A program made the position numbers and the translations under genes. Below are positions 24,121 through 37,114 of a stretch of 64,000 nucleotides of DNA, piece by piece (position 1 is the first letter of the stretch; each line of letters starts with the position of its first letter). The notes beneath the pieces were generated by a model. It was given only the letters and a program-made list of their open reading frames with translations, searched no databases and was not told the origin of the DNA. Source of the stretch: Chiloscyllium plagiosum (Eukaryota); assembly GCF_004010195.1 (NCBI RefSeq), contig NC_057718.1, forward strand, positions 49,687,239 through 49,751,238. Direction: 5' to 3'.

Positions 24121-24465
24121 AATTATGAGAGCAGGGGCAGTAAACTCAGGACTGAAGGAGTTGGATTTAAATGCACACAGTATACAAAACAAGGTAAATG
24201 AGCTTGGAGCACAGATTGAACTTGGCAGGTAAAATGCTGAGGGTATCACAGAGTCGTGGCTGCAAGGGATCAAGACGGGGAACTATATATCAAGAACACA
24301 TCCTGCTGAAAGGACAGGCAGATGGGGACAGAGGGCGGTATTGTCTTGTTAATATGAAATAAAATTAAATCAAAAGCAAGATATGATATCGGGTCGGAAA
24401 CCATACAATCTGTGTGGTTAGAGTTGTGGAACCACAAATGGAAAACAAAACTATCCTGATGGGCA

Positions 24466-24660
24466 TGATTTGGAGATGCTGGTGTTGGACTGGGGTGGAC
24501 AAAGTTAAAAATCACACAACACCAGGTTATAGTCCAACAGGTTTAATTGGAAGCACTAGCTTTCAAAGTTGTTACCTGATGAAGGAGCAGTGCTCCGAAA
24601 GCTAGTGCTTCCAATTAAACCTGTTGGACTATAACCTGTTGTTTTGTGATTTTTAACTTT
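24466..24660. mobile_element. Small palindromic Penelope-derived element with a hammerhead motif
   Basis: Inverted arms 24501-24564 / 24597-24660; CTGATGA-ggagc/agt/gctcc-GAAA-gcta at 24576-24604; TSD-like atcctgatggg / atccagatggg. Confidence 0.8.
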
Positions 24661-24769
24661 ATCCAGATGGGTGTTGAGTATAGGCCTCCTAGCAGTCATC
24701 AGAATGTGGGAAAGAAAATAAATCAAGTTGTGGAAAAGGCATGTAAGAAAGGCACTATTGCAATAATCA

Positions 24770-26523
24770 AGGTGGGAAAAAGTGAGGACTGCAGATGTTG
24801 GAGATCAGAGTCGACAATGTGGTGCTGGAAAAACACAGAAGGTCAGGCACCACCTCAGGAGGAGAATCCACATTTCAGACATAAGCCCTTCATTAGGAAT
24901 GTGGCTTGTGGGCCAGGGAGAGCTGAGAGATAAAGTGACAGCAGCCTGACTTGCTGTGCTTTTCCAGCTACACACTCTTGACTGTAATATCCAGCATCTG
25001 CAGTCCTCACTTTCTCCTAGTTGATTTTAACCTCTTTCAAGGATGCCTACCTTGAAGAAGTTCTCCTCCTCTCTCTGCAAAGATCTCAGTGAGTGTCTCT
25101 TTCACTGCAACTCCCAGGTCATCTCCTCTGTCCTGAAGCTCTCTAGCCACGTTCTGAAGAAGACTCACTATCACAACCGCACTTCCTTCCTTAGCACCAG
25201 CCTACGGAACCGACTGATCCCACAGCGACTCTGGACTACATTCAGACCAACTCAATTTGGGACCTGAACAGGATAACCAGTACATACTACAAATCTGAAA
25301 CCTTCAGCAGCAATTATCTTCCTGGATCCTCCACTCCACGCTAGCAGCCATATGCTGCTACCTACTCTACCTGCAATCAGCCCTGCCTCAGCTCAGGGCC
25401 ACTCTCTCCCAGACCTGCAACAGACCTCTACAGTTCTACATCCTCAGAAGAATTCATACACTCAACAAACAGTTTTCTCCACTATATCGGACATAAAAGA
25501 ATGTAAATTAAACAAACTTTCATGTACTTACCTCAATACATGGGTTTCCTCGACCATTTCAGAGCCTTCCCCTGGCCTCTGGAACTGCCCTAATGCCATG
25601 AGCCACACGGCCACAGTGAATTATGATGTCACTTCTGCCCCTGCTGCCCCACAGGCAGCAGCCTCTGCCGATCACACCATCTTCACAATCGCCATCCAGA
25701 CAACCACTTCTGTGATTGCCAGGAAGTTGATTGCCTCTGCGACCACCGCCGGATCCACCGCTGCTGCTAGATTCACCACGTCTGGCACAGACGCGATACC
25801 TATTCTGCATGTCACTTCCACCCCCACAATTGCTGCTACCGCAGCCACTTCCACCCCTAAAGACGTCACTCACCTGGCCATGGATGACTCTATCGCCTAC
25901 ATCACTTCCATCACCAGTGACATCGCTCACTGGGAACCATCCCGCAATGTCACTGACACCCCCCCACGGACACTGCTGTCAGCCCCACTTCCGCCCCATT
26001 GTGAGTGTCACTTCCGTTGATGACGTCACTCTTGACCCTATAATCATGCCCACTCAAGTGACTGTCTCTGCCCTGACACCCAGCTCCAGCCCCACCCAGG
26101 TCCTAGTTCTCAGTCCTGCCATGTCTTTACTATTCCCCCAGACCTCACCCTCACTTAGTCCTCAGCAAAGGCCTCGCCTTCATCTCTCTACACTCCCAGA
26201 TAATGAGTTCAACAGTCGTTGCAACCTTGAATATTTCTTCCATCGCCTCCACTTCTGGGCCCACTTTTTCAATCAAGACTCTCGCCCACCCACCGAGGAC
26301 CCCTTCTCTCACCTCCAATACACCCCATCCACCTAGACATCTCATATTGGCCTGTTACCGGCCCTCGATTTCTTCATTTCTAACTGCCACAATTTTATCT
26401 GTCAGCCCACCCCCCCGGCCCACAAGCCTCATGCCTGATGAAGGACTTATGCCTGAAAAGTTGATTTTCCTGCACCTCACATGTTGCCTGACCTGCTATC
26501 CTTTTCCAGCACCACACTCTCCA
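24770..26523 (+). mobile_element. Internally deleted Neptune-like PLE with pLTR pieces, inserted in CR1
   Basis: LKKTHYHNRTSFLSTSLRNRLIPQ and FFHRLHFWAHFF resemble the PLE N-terminal domain; pLTR fragments at both ends; TSD caataatca at 24761-24769 and 26524-26532. Confidence 0.7.
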
Positions 26524-27690
26524 CAATAATCATGAGGGGCTTCAATTTGCCGGTGAACTAGGAAAATCATGTTGGTAGTAGATCTAAACAAAAAGGAACT
26601 TACGGATTGTCTATGAGATTTTTTTTAGAGCAGCTTATGGCAGAACCCACTAGGGAACAGATAATTCTGGATTTTGTGATGTGTAGTGAGGTAGAATTGA
26701 GTTGGAAACATAAAGTGAAGAAACCTCAAGGCAGCAGGAACCATAATATGATAGAATTCGCCCTATGATAGAGGGAGAACGTTGAATCAGATGTAGCGGT
26801 ATTACAATTGAGTAAAGGTAACTACAAAGACATGACAGAGTAACTGGTCAGAATTAATTAGAAGGGAGCCTAGCAAGGAAGATGCTGGAGCAGCAATGGC
26901 AGGAGTTTCTCAGGGCTAATTTGCGAGGCACGGCAGAAATTCATCCCAAGGAAGAACAAACATACTTTGGGGAGGACAAGGCGACCATGGCTGACAAGGA
27001 AAGTGGGCACAACATAAAAGCAAAAGAAAAAGCATACAACTTGGGAAATCATGGGAAATTAGTGGGAAATCAGAGGATTGAGAAGTCTTTAAAAAACAGC
27101 AGAGGATAACTAAAAAAAGCAACAAGGGGTAAGCCAGCTAGCAATATAAAAGAAGATTGCAAGAGTTAGTTTTAGATATATACAGGGTAAGAGAGAAGTA
27201 AGAGTGGATATTGGACCACTGGAAAATCTGGCTGGTGATGTAGTAATGGGAAACAAAGAAAAGGTGGAAGACCTGAAGAGGCACTTGGCATCAGTTTTCA
27301 CAGCAGAAGCCAGCAGCAGCATACTAGAACTTCAAGAGAATTGGGGGGGCAGAGGTGTATGCAATGGCCATCACTAAAGAGAAGTTGCTGGGGAAGTTGA
27401 AAGATCTGAAGGTGGATAAATCACCTGGGCTAGGTGGACTACAACCCAGAATTCTGAAGGAGATCACTGAGGAGATTGTTGATGCCCATACTAAACTGTC
27501 CATGGTGTTCAGGAATGTGTAGGCTAGGCGCATTAGTCGGAGTATTGGTGGGTATTGGTGGGAATTTTTCAGGAATCACTGGAGTCAGGTAGGTTCCCAG
27601 AGGACTCAGAGATGGCTAATTAAACACTCCTGTTTAAAAAGGGAGGGAGACAGAAAACAAGAAACAATAGGCCTCAGTCTATCATCCGAA

Positions 27691-28005
27691 GGGGCAGCAC
27701 AGTGGCTCAGTGGTTAGCACTGCTGCCTCACAGCGCCAGCCTCGGGTCACTCTCTGTGTGAAGTTTGCATATTCTCCTGTGTCTATGTGGGTTTCCTCCC
27801 ATAATCCAAAGATGTGCAGGTTAGGAGAATTGACATAAAACTAAACTGCCCATGGTGTTGAGGGATGTATAGGTTAGGTGCATTAGTTGGAGTAAATATA
27901 GAGTAATAGGGTAGGGGAGTGGGTCTGGGTGGGTTACTCTTCGGAGGGTCGGTGTGGACTTGTTGGGTGGCAGGGCCTGCTTCTACACTGTACGATTCTA
28001 TTTTA
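27691..28005 (+). mobile_element. HE1/V-SINE-like SINE inserted in CR1 RT
   Basis: ggcagcacagtggctcagtggttagcactgctgcctcacagcgcc head; CR1-like tail. Confidence 0.85.
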
Positions 28006-31000
28006 TTCAGTCATTGATAACATTTTAGAGTTCATTGCTGAGGATGAGATTGTGAAGTACTTGGAAGTGCATGGAGGTCATGCCTGACAAATCTGTTAGA
28101 ACTCTTTGGAGGAGGTAATTAGCACTTTAGACAAAGAAAAGCCAGTGGACGAGATCTATTTGATTTCCAGAAGGCGTTTGGCAAGGTGTCACATATGAGG
28201 CTGCTAAATAAGGTAAGAGTCCATGGTGTTAGGTATAAGGTAGACGACAGAGGATTGGCTGACTGGCAGAAGGCAGAGAGAAAGGATGAATAAGCCCTTT
28301 TCAGGACATCAGCCAGTGACCAATAGAGTTCTATAGGGGTCAGTGTTGGGACCACAACTATTCACATTATACATTAACAATCTGGATGAAGGAATTGAGG
28401 GCATTGCTGTTATATTTGCAGATGACACAAATACACGTGGAGGGGCAGACAGTGCTGAGGAAGCCGGGAGATTGCAGAAGGATTTGGACAAGTTCAGAGA
28501 GTGGGCAAAGGAGTAGATGGAATACAATATGGGAAAGTGTGAGCTTATGCACTTTGGTAGGAAGAAGGGAGGCATAGACTGTTTTCTAAACGGGGAATGG
28601 CTTTGGAAATCTTAAGCACAAACAGACTGGGAGTCTTAGATCAGGATCTCTTCAGGTTGACAGTTAGCAAACAGCAAGCCAAACACAATTTTTGCATTCA
28701 TTTCAAGATAACTAGAATACAACAGCAGAGATGTACTGCTGCAGTCAGACCGTATTTGGAATATGATGAGCAGTTTTGGGCACCATATATGAGGAAAAAT
28801 GTTTGGCATTGGAGCATATTTCCAAGAATGATCCTGGGGATGAAGGGCTTGTCATATAAGGAGAGGCTGAAGACTCTGTAATTGTACTCATTGGAGTTGA
28901 GAAGAATGAGGGGTTATTTGATTGAAACTTTCAGAATACTGACAGGCCTGGATAGAGTGAAAATGGAGATGTTTCCACTAGTAGGAGGGACTGGGACCGG
29001 AGGGCACATCCTCAGAATGAAGGGATAACCCTTTAGAACTGAGATGATGAGGAATTTCTTCAGCCAGAGGGTGGTTAATCTGTGGAACTCATTGCTAAAA
29101 AGGGCTTTGGAGGCTAAGTCATTGAGCGTCTTTAAGACAGAGGTAGATAAGTTTTGATTAGCAAGGCTTATGGGAAGAAGGCAGGAAAATGAGGTTGAGA
29201 AACATCTCTGCCATGATCAAATAGTAGAGCAGATTTGATGGGCTGAATGGCCTAACCCTACTCCTATTTTCTGGTCTTATGGACCAGAAACTCTGGATTC
29301 AAGTCAAGGATGGCCAAGGAAGGTGCATGCTCAACATGACCAAACTGGTTGAATATCAACCTGTAAATCCTTTCAACACACACCAATAGTAACAGCATGA
29401 CAGATTTCTGGTCAGCCATATTGAAGTTTCTACCACCATAGCTCCACACTACATGGAAAAGTGTGTGTTACCACTACAATGTGAACTCTTTGATTGCACT
29501 GTGTCACACTGCCACCTTAATGATGCTACACCAAATATGTAATGTGAAGTTGTTGGCATACAATGTAAGGGGATGTTGTTAGAAAGCACAAAGTGTCAGC
29601 ATGCTTGATCATTCTGAGATCAGCAAGTTTGTCCTGGGGCACACATGAAGCTGTTTTCATTTTTTCTGTGAAGCCTCACCAGGCTACATTGGGTACTGGA
29701 TGAAGGAATTGAGGGCACTTTTGCCAAATAATGTTGTCCTTTATTGAAGGATTTCCAAAGCTGCAGCTTTAGAAGCTACAGCTCTCCTTCAAACTACAGC
29801 CTAGCCATTTCTGCTTACTCATAAGCAAGACAACCAGCAGACATTTAAGAGCTCCTGACGCTAAATATCCGGGTTCTTTACCCAAGTAGATGTAATAAAA
29901 AAAACAGTGAAAGATGGTAAATTAGCTAACTAACTGATCTCACATTACAGAAGGAAGCCAGCTTACATCGTACAGAGTTTTAAAAGAGCCATCATTGATC
30001 ACCACTGCGGCAGTGTGCATTATTGTTCTCATACTGCTCTCACAAACAATGTTGCTTACTGAGGTCTTTCCTCTTCATAAAGATTCATGGATAACCACTG
30101 AAAACAGAGTTTTGCAATGGCATGTATAAAGTGTTTCTTCTTTCACACTTGCTCTGATTTTTCTGTGGTGTTCAACGCATTGTTATTGGAATAATTATAC
30201 TAGCAGAAATTTTGAAAATGATGCTCACAATTACTAACTGTTATTAATAACTGGTGTACAGTAGAGGGTGTTCAAAGAAACATTTAATGCCATTCAGAGG
30301 CAATTTGTACTCACAAGAAGGAAAAGCTCTACCTCACACAAAACAAAAAATAGCATGGACATTTTATGAGATAAGGGACGGGATGGAATTAAAAGAACAG
30401 GCTTATAAAAATACAAAGAACAGTACAGATCCCACAGAATGAAACAAATGCAACCAATGAAGGGTCACAAACAGGTTTATAAGATGGCTAAAAAGGATTA
30501 CGAAAGCCAACTTGCAAGAACCATAAAAGACAATAAGAGATATTATGGTTATATAAAAGGGAAAGTGACTGGTTAAGATTACTATTGGTCCACTGAAGGC
30601 TGAGAGTGGGGATATTGTCAATGACCATGGGGAAATGACAGACATGCTGAACAATAATTTTGCTTCAGTATTCACAGCAGAAAGGGAGAACAGCTTGCCA
30701 GAAGATCCAAAGAAATTAAGAGAGAATCAGGGACTGGGTCTAAATAAAATTAGCTGAAGTAAATCATCAGTAATGGGGAAATCCCCAGGAACTGATGGTT
30801 CCTAATCACAAGTGTCAAAGGAGATAAGACAGCACATTGCGGATGCCCTAATCATAATTTTTCAGAATTCACTGAGTTCAGGAGGTGTATCTCTGGATTA
30901 GAAATTTGCTCATCTCATTCTGATCATTAAGAAGGATGACAGAAGGAAATCAGGGAATTACAGAGCAGTTAGCTTGACATCTATAGTGGAGTCTATTGTT

Positions 31001-31439
31001 GGAATCTATAATCAAGGATAGGGTAACTGATCACCTCAGGGTCAGTTAATTTCAGTTAATCAGGGAGACTCAGCAGACAGTCAGGGCTTCATGAAGAGTA
31101 GGTCATGTCTGAAAAACCTCAGAGATTTTTGAAGAGGTGGCAAATGTGGTGGACAGAATTATGTCAATGGATGTTCTTTATATGGACTTAGCTAAGTTGG
31201 AACCTTTACAGAACTGAGGGCAAATTGTCAGCAAATTGCTGACATTGATAGAAAATTGATTGAGTGGTAGGAATCAGAGAGCTAGAATAATGGGTAAGTA
31301 CTCAAATTGGTAGAATGTAACTAGTGTTTCCCGCAGGGGCCTCAAGAATCACAATATTCATTCTTGATTTGAATAACGGCATAAAATATCAAATATCCAA
31401 TTTTGTTGATGACACAAAATTGGGCAGTATTGCAGCATT

Positions 31440-32015
31440 TTGGCTAATCAAGTGTGCACCAACCCTCAAAAGACCATTCCAGCTGGACCCAGCACCCCCA
31501 CCTTATTCCTATTACTCCACATTTACCATGCCTAGCCATCTAACCTGTGTCGTCCTGGACACTACAAGACAGTTTACCACTGGCAATCCACCTATTCTAT
31601 GGGAAGAAACCGGAGCACTCAGCAGAGATCCATGTAGACAGGAGGACAATGTGTAAACTCCATACAGACATGATGTGGAGGAGCCGGTGTTGGCCTGGGG
31701 TGGACGTTAAAAATCACACAACACCAAGTTATACTCCAACAGGTTTATTTGAAAGCACTAGCTTTTGGAGTGCTGCTCCTTCAACAGGTAGCTGTGGAAC
31801 AAGGCCATAAGACTTATGTGTCTTATGGTCCTGCTCTACAACTACCTGATGAAGGAGCAGTGCTCCGAAAGCTAGTGCTTCTAAATAAACTATTGGACAA
31901 TAACCTGGTGCTGTGTGATTTTTTAACTTTGTCCACACAGTCACACAAGGCTGGAATCAAACCCAGTTTCCTGGCGCTGAGGCAGCGGTGCTAACTACTG
32001 AGCCACCAGGCCACC
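31440..32015 (-). mobile_element. Decayed V-SINE interrupted by a palindromic element
   Basis: SINE head at ~31945-32013 and body at ~31530-31670 flank the insertion. Confidence 0.7.
31671..31931. mobile_element. Palindromic Penelope-derived element with a hammerhead motif
   Basis: Inverted arms ~31706-31815 / 31820-31927; CTGATGA..GAAA at 31846-31870; TSD-like tccatacagaca / tccacacagtca. Confidence 0.8.
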
Positions 32016-32267
32016 TATCTGAATATCTAAATGGCTGGAGTTCAAAGATGAAGATGTTGTGCTGCAGCTATACAAAACCCTAGTTAGAGCCCAACCAGAG
32101 AACTCTGAGCAGATTTAACATCATACCTTAGGAAAGATATTTTAGCACTGGAGGGAGTTTAAAGCAGGTTTTTGGAAATGGTACCTAGACTTAAATTTAT
32201 GAGGCGAGATTAGATTAGACAAATTACATCTTTATCCTCTAGAATTTAGAATGTTAAGGAATGATGA

Positions 32268-32615
32268 GTGACACAGCAGCTCAGTAATTAGCACTGCTAC
32301 CTCACAGTGCTCAGGACCCGGGTTCGATTCCAGTCTCAGGTGACTGTCTGTGTGGAGTTTGCATATTTTCCCCGTGTCTGTGTGGGTTTCCTCCAGGTGC
32401 TCCGGTTTCCTCCAGGTGCTCCAGTTTCCTCCCACAACCCAAAGATGTGCAGGTTAGGTGAATTGGCCATGCTAAATTGCCCATAATGTTGCTTATTAGT
32501 CAGGGGTAAATATAGGGTAGGGGGAATGGGTCTGGGTGGGTTATTCTTCAGAGGGTCGGTTTGGACTTGTTGAGCCGAAGGGCCTGTTTCCACACTGTAG
32601 GAATTCTAATCTAAT
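32268..32615 (+). mobile_element. HE1/V-SINE-like SINE
   Basis: A/B-box head (gggttcgattcc); internal 19-bp tandem duplication ggtttcctccaggtgctcc. Confidence 0.9.
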
Positions 32616-33784
32616 CAAGGTTTTTTAGGATATCAATGTGGAAAGACAGGGTACAAAATGATAAATTATTTCCATTTGTTGAAGATTTTAGAACTGGGGG
32701 CATAATCTAAAATAGAGGAGACATGTTAGAAAGTACTTCAATTTTGGAACTCTCTTCCTCAAATGGCGATCGATGTTATTTCAATTGTTTAATTTAAATC
32801 TGAGATAAACAATTTTTTATTAAGCAAGGGACTCAAGGGATATGGGCTTAGGGCAGGCATATGGAGATTGGCTACAGATCAGCCATATCTTAATAATGGT
32901 GGAACAGGCTCAAGAGGTTGAATGGCCTACTCCTGTCCCTACATATAAAATTCTGATGTCTACTATTCTTACAAAAGGGCTAACTGCCACTTTTGATGGA
33001 TTATAACCCATGTAAAATCTTGCCTTGCACGTTTCTCTACAGTTTGCTGCAAGATGAAGATTGCTTGCTGCAGTGGTTTCTCAGTTGATCACTCTGTATT
33101 CTAAGCACAGTTTACTACAGCTCCAAGCTGAACTACTATTTCAAGAAGGAATAGGTTCATTGTTTCACAGAATAATGCTATTCATTTGTATTAAGCTGCT
33201 GTTGAAATACTTATGAAAACAAGAGATAAGTATAGGATACAAACATATTGACACATTCCATAACCTATTTTATCCTTTGGAACTGAGCTGAGGCACATTT
33301 ATATTGCTCTAATTGCTTTCAGCCTCAGAGGATTTGTATCTCGCATTTTAACAACAGCTTATTGCAGGTCACGTACAAAATGCTGGCGTCTTAAATAAGA
33401 TAGAGACCTTTCGTATACTTGTGCATATAATGAGGATAACCAATCCAACACAATGTTTGCAAACCATGTGATTTTCAACTCTTCACTGTTTGACCTTATT
33501 TTCTCTTTTAGCAAAGTTTAAAGCCACTATTAGGTCTGATTTATTATTAACCATACAATTGAAAAAGGAATAGTGAAAGTACACCTGTCAGCTATGAGTC
33601 AATAAATAATTATACCATTTAATGCTAGATTGGCCTGCTGATACTGTTTCAAAAAATTACAACTAAATTTAATCATGGATGATTGTCCCCTGCTAGTACC
33701 TAACTGGACACACAACTACGTGTCTGTTTTGTTGATTTTCAGGAAGGGCTTCTCTTTGCGAGGTCTTGGGAAATCTCTTACTGT

Positions 33785-34300
33785 GGAGATAGCAAGGACT
33801 GCAGATGCTGGAAAGTTAGAGTCAATAAAGTGTGGAGCTGGAAAAAGCAATCAGGTCAATCAGCATCAGAGGAGAAGGGGAGTCAATGTTTCAGGTTGGG
33901 ATATTTCATCAGGACTGGGTGGCAGGGGGAAAGGGGGCTGAGAAATAAATAGAGGGAGTGAGCTGGAGCTGGGGGCAAAGTAGGTGGGATAGTGATAGGT
34001 GGATACAGATAGGAGGTGATTGTGATTGGTCAATGGGGCACATGGATGGAAAAGATGATGGACAGGTAGGGTCAAGTCAAGAGGGAGGGGTGGAGAGAGA
34101 GAGCTAGACCTGGGATGAGTTGGGGGGGTGGGGAGATTTGAAAGTTGGTGAATTCTCTGTTAAGGGCATGTGGCTGTAAGCTCCTGTCATGGAAAATGAT
34201 GTGCTGCCCCTCCGTTCTGTGTGGCCTTATTTTGATAGTGGAGGACGCCCTTGATGGACATGTTGTTGGGGGAGTGGGAGAGGGAATTAAAATGGCTGGC
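33785..34300 (-). mobile_element. PLE 3' end (GIY-YIG C-terminus plus pLTR)
   Basis: Minus strand QHIIFHDRSLQPHALNREFTNF; pLTR with CTGATGA..GAAA at ~33888-33911. Confidence 0.7.
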
Positions 34301-34526
34301 TGTCAGAAATTAATAAACTACTTACCCCATCTCTATAATGATGATGTCACCTGATTCTAACCCCATTCTATCACTCACCTGATGTGGAACAACTTGCCAT
34401 TGCTGACATATCCTGGTATGTACTGACATCCTTGGCATCAGCACTATCATTAAAAGTCTGTTGTAAACCTGGACAAGCACTGATAATCTGAAGTTGTCCT
34501 GTGTGGTTTCTGATGTTTGCCCTGAC

Positions 34527-36141
34527 ATGGCAGAGAAAGGAAAAATGGCACCCTGCTTTGCACACAGGGACCTAGATATCCTAATGGACAAGATGGTGCA
34601 GAGGCAGGATGCCCACTACTCCCAGGACTGGTGGTGGAGGACACAACACCAAGCCATGCCAGCCTGGTCTGAAGTTGCCACCCATATCAGTGTGTTCTCA
34701 GTGGTCTGAAAGCACAGCAATGTAGAGGTGAGGTCAACAACCTTCTCTACTCTGGCAATATAATTTCCATCATCTTCTGTCTAATATCTCACATTCAGTT
34801 TATCCGTACCCACCTCACACCAAGGCTCATGCTCTACCACACTCACTACCTTTTGCAATATCTTCCCTCTCTTGATCTCACCACCCCAGCCCTCGATACC
34901 ACTTACTATCCGTGCCCTCTGTGCTGCCAACGCAATTGCTCAGGACAACCCCGCACTTGTAATATGGATAACAGCAGTAGCACCCACTTCCATTTCCCTT
35001 AACATTTACTTCTTGTTCCAGGATGAATAGACAGAGAGACTCAAGATGGGTAATGGACTGCCTCACATTCAAATCCTCACTCCTTATGTGGAAAGCATCC
35101 TTTCTCGGTATTCTCCAAGCAACTTACTTACAATGTCAAAGCCCCTGGACTGGTATTGGATGCACTGGAAAAGCACAGCAGGTCAGGCACCATCTGAGGA
35201 GCAGGAGAGTCAACGTTTTGGGCATAAAGAATGATGAAGGTCTTATGCCTGAAACGTCAATTCTCCTGCTACTTGGATGCTACCTGACCTGCTGGGCTTT
35301 TCCAGCACAATACTTTTCAACTCTGATTTCCAGTATCTGCAGTCCTCACTCTCTCCTGGTGTTGGAGGCTGGCCTTGGCTCCCTGTGCTCGGGTCCCCTA
35401 ACTGAACATTATCTCCATGATGACTTAAGCTTATTGACTACCATGATAAGATTCCTGGCTTTGTGCCATGGCAATCCAGCAGGGAAACTGATATCCCAGC
35501 TGAGGTGAAAGGGGCAAAAAGACAATGAAAAGCAAAGCAAGACAGAAAAGTTGTGAGCATCCAAGTAGACTCAAAATGAGGAAATGCTAAGGGAGCAAGC
35601 AAACACCCAAAGTGCAGCCTTGTCCAGTGAATGAGCTGGGTGCATGTTACCTAAGGCAAAGTGTCCTTGTAGCAGCATTGCAATGATAGTTGCCCCTGAA
35701 GATGCAACAGTGAAGTGAAGAAGTAACCTGCAACTAGATTGGATATGTGCCATGAGGGCATGCCAAGGCGCGCAGATGTGAAGTTAATGTGGCTGGTGCC
35801 CTGAGGTGTTCATATCTGGTGAAGCTGAACCCACAAGTACCCACACTGAATTTCATGTTGAGAATTCTCAGCATGGAGTTTGCTCATGACAGATAGTAGG
35901 ATAGACATCTGCATATTGCTAAGGTGAGATGTGCAATTAATAAGGTTGTTAACAAGCAATGATCCACTTAATAGGTGATATGTTGCTGTCTAGTGAGAAT
36001 CTCGCCTCAACATCCCAAACTTAGTTCAAAGGTGCGGAGAGTTGCTCCTGACATCAAGATGGGCCTCATTGGACTGGTTGCATGATTCTGCCACATTTTC
36101 CACCACAGTCCACATTGTTTAGGCCCCCATAGATTATGCCC
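34527..36141 (+). mobile_element. Decayed PIF/Harbinger-like DNA transposon remnant with a Myb/SANT-like ORF
   Basis: MAEKGKMAPCFAHRDLDILM...AWSEVATHISVFSVV resembles the Myb/SANT-like domain of Harbinger ORF2; TIR-like end agattatgccc at 36131-36141. Extent uncertain. Confidence 0.5.
35162..35355. mobile_element. Hairpin PLE-pLTR-derived mini-element
   Basis: Inverted arms 35164-35226 / 35241-35306; TSD-like ctggtattgga / ctggtgttgga. Confidence 0.75.
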
Positions 36142-36329
36142 AATATCTTTGAAATAATCTTTTGGGTTACTGCTGCATGAACATTTAGTCAGTTTGTTTG
36201 AATATTCTGTGTCCGCTTTTTTAACAGAGGCATTAGTGTTTTTCAAATAATTTGCTGATATTGTTGTTAGAACATTACAGGGAAGGATGTGTGCATCTAG
36301 GAGTTTGTAATCAGGTAATAGTCAGGCTA

Positions 36330-36870
36330 TACCCATTGGAGATGGTCATTGCCTGCCATTTGCGTGCTACAAGTGCTATCAGACAAGCTTGAATGTTGTT
36401 TAGATCTTTTTGAAAACAGGCATGGACTGCTTCTAAGCTTTCATGAATCCTACTGAACATTATCCAAACATCAGCAAAAATATTTACTTCTGATCTAATG
36501 AAGGAGTGAAGGTCACTGATAAAGCAACTGGAAGTGATTAGACCTATGATGCTGTTCTGAGGAATTCATCTTATGATGTCTCACCGGAGATAACTGGCCT
36601 TCAACAAATACAGCCATCTTACCTTCGGCTAGGAATGATGTTGGCCACTTATTAGGTTTTCCTACTTCAATTTTTCTACAGCTCCTTGATGCTACAGTCA
36701 AGCAAATGTTGTCTGAAGTCAAGCACAGTCACTCACTGAAATTCAGCTTGTTTATCCATGTGAGACCAAAGCTGTTGCAATGCCTGGAAAGGAGTGGTCC
36801 TAATCAGACTCAGTGTTGTTGTGGTGTCAGTGTTGATGTGGTGATCAAAAGCCTCTTCAAGTTTGGGTTC
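36330..36870 (-). mobile_element. Decayed fragment of the second LINE family
   Basis: Reverse complement resembles ~9600-10070 (atggtcattgcc, catcagcaaaa, tcactgataaagca). Confidence 0.5.
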
Positions 36871-37114
36871 AGCAATTATGGACTTTTTTTCAAGTATATT
36901 CTGGAGACACGTTAAGTAAAAGCCTATCAAAGCCTCCCCCGGAAACAGTGTCAAGACAACATTTATATTCTTAGTTCTCACATTTCATTGTAATACTTTT
37001 GCAGTTCACTTGTCATTGACTGTCTTAGTACCTACACCTTATATAATTTTCAGTAGACAGGCTCTCTGATTCAAGCAGCGAAGGCTATTCAGTTTTAAAA
37101 TTCACATTCTTTCT

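Larger units (their letters stand above)
23590..29282 (+). mobile_element. Long decayed CR1 LINE (ORF1 end, APE endonuclease, RT, 3' UTR) hosting four nested insertions
   Basis: LNAHSIQNKVNEL (APE start), GVEYRPP, SPG.GGLQPRILKE, FADDT (28416-28430), FFSQRVVNLWNSL; many stops. Confidence 0.85.
30255..32945 (+). mobile_element. Old CR1 LINE fragment with nested SINEs
   Basis: ISNFVDDTKLG (~31392-31425), GNYRAVSLTS (~30952-30982), CR1-type 3' UTR. Confidence 0.75.
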
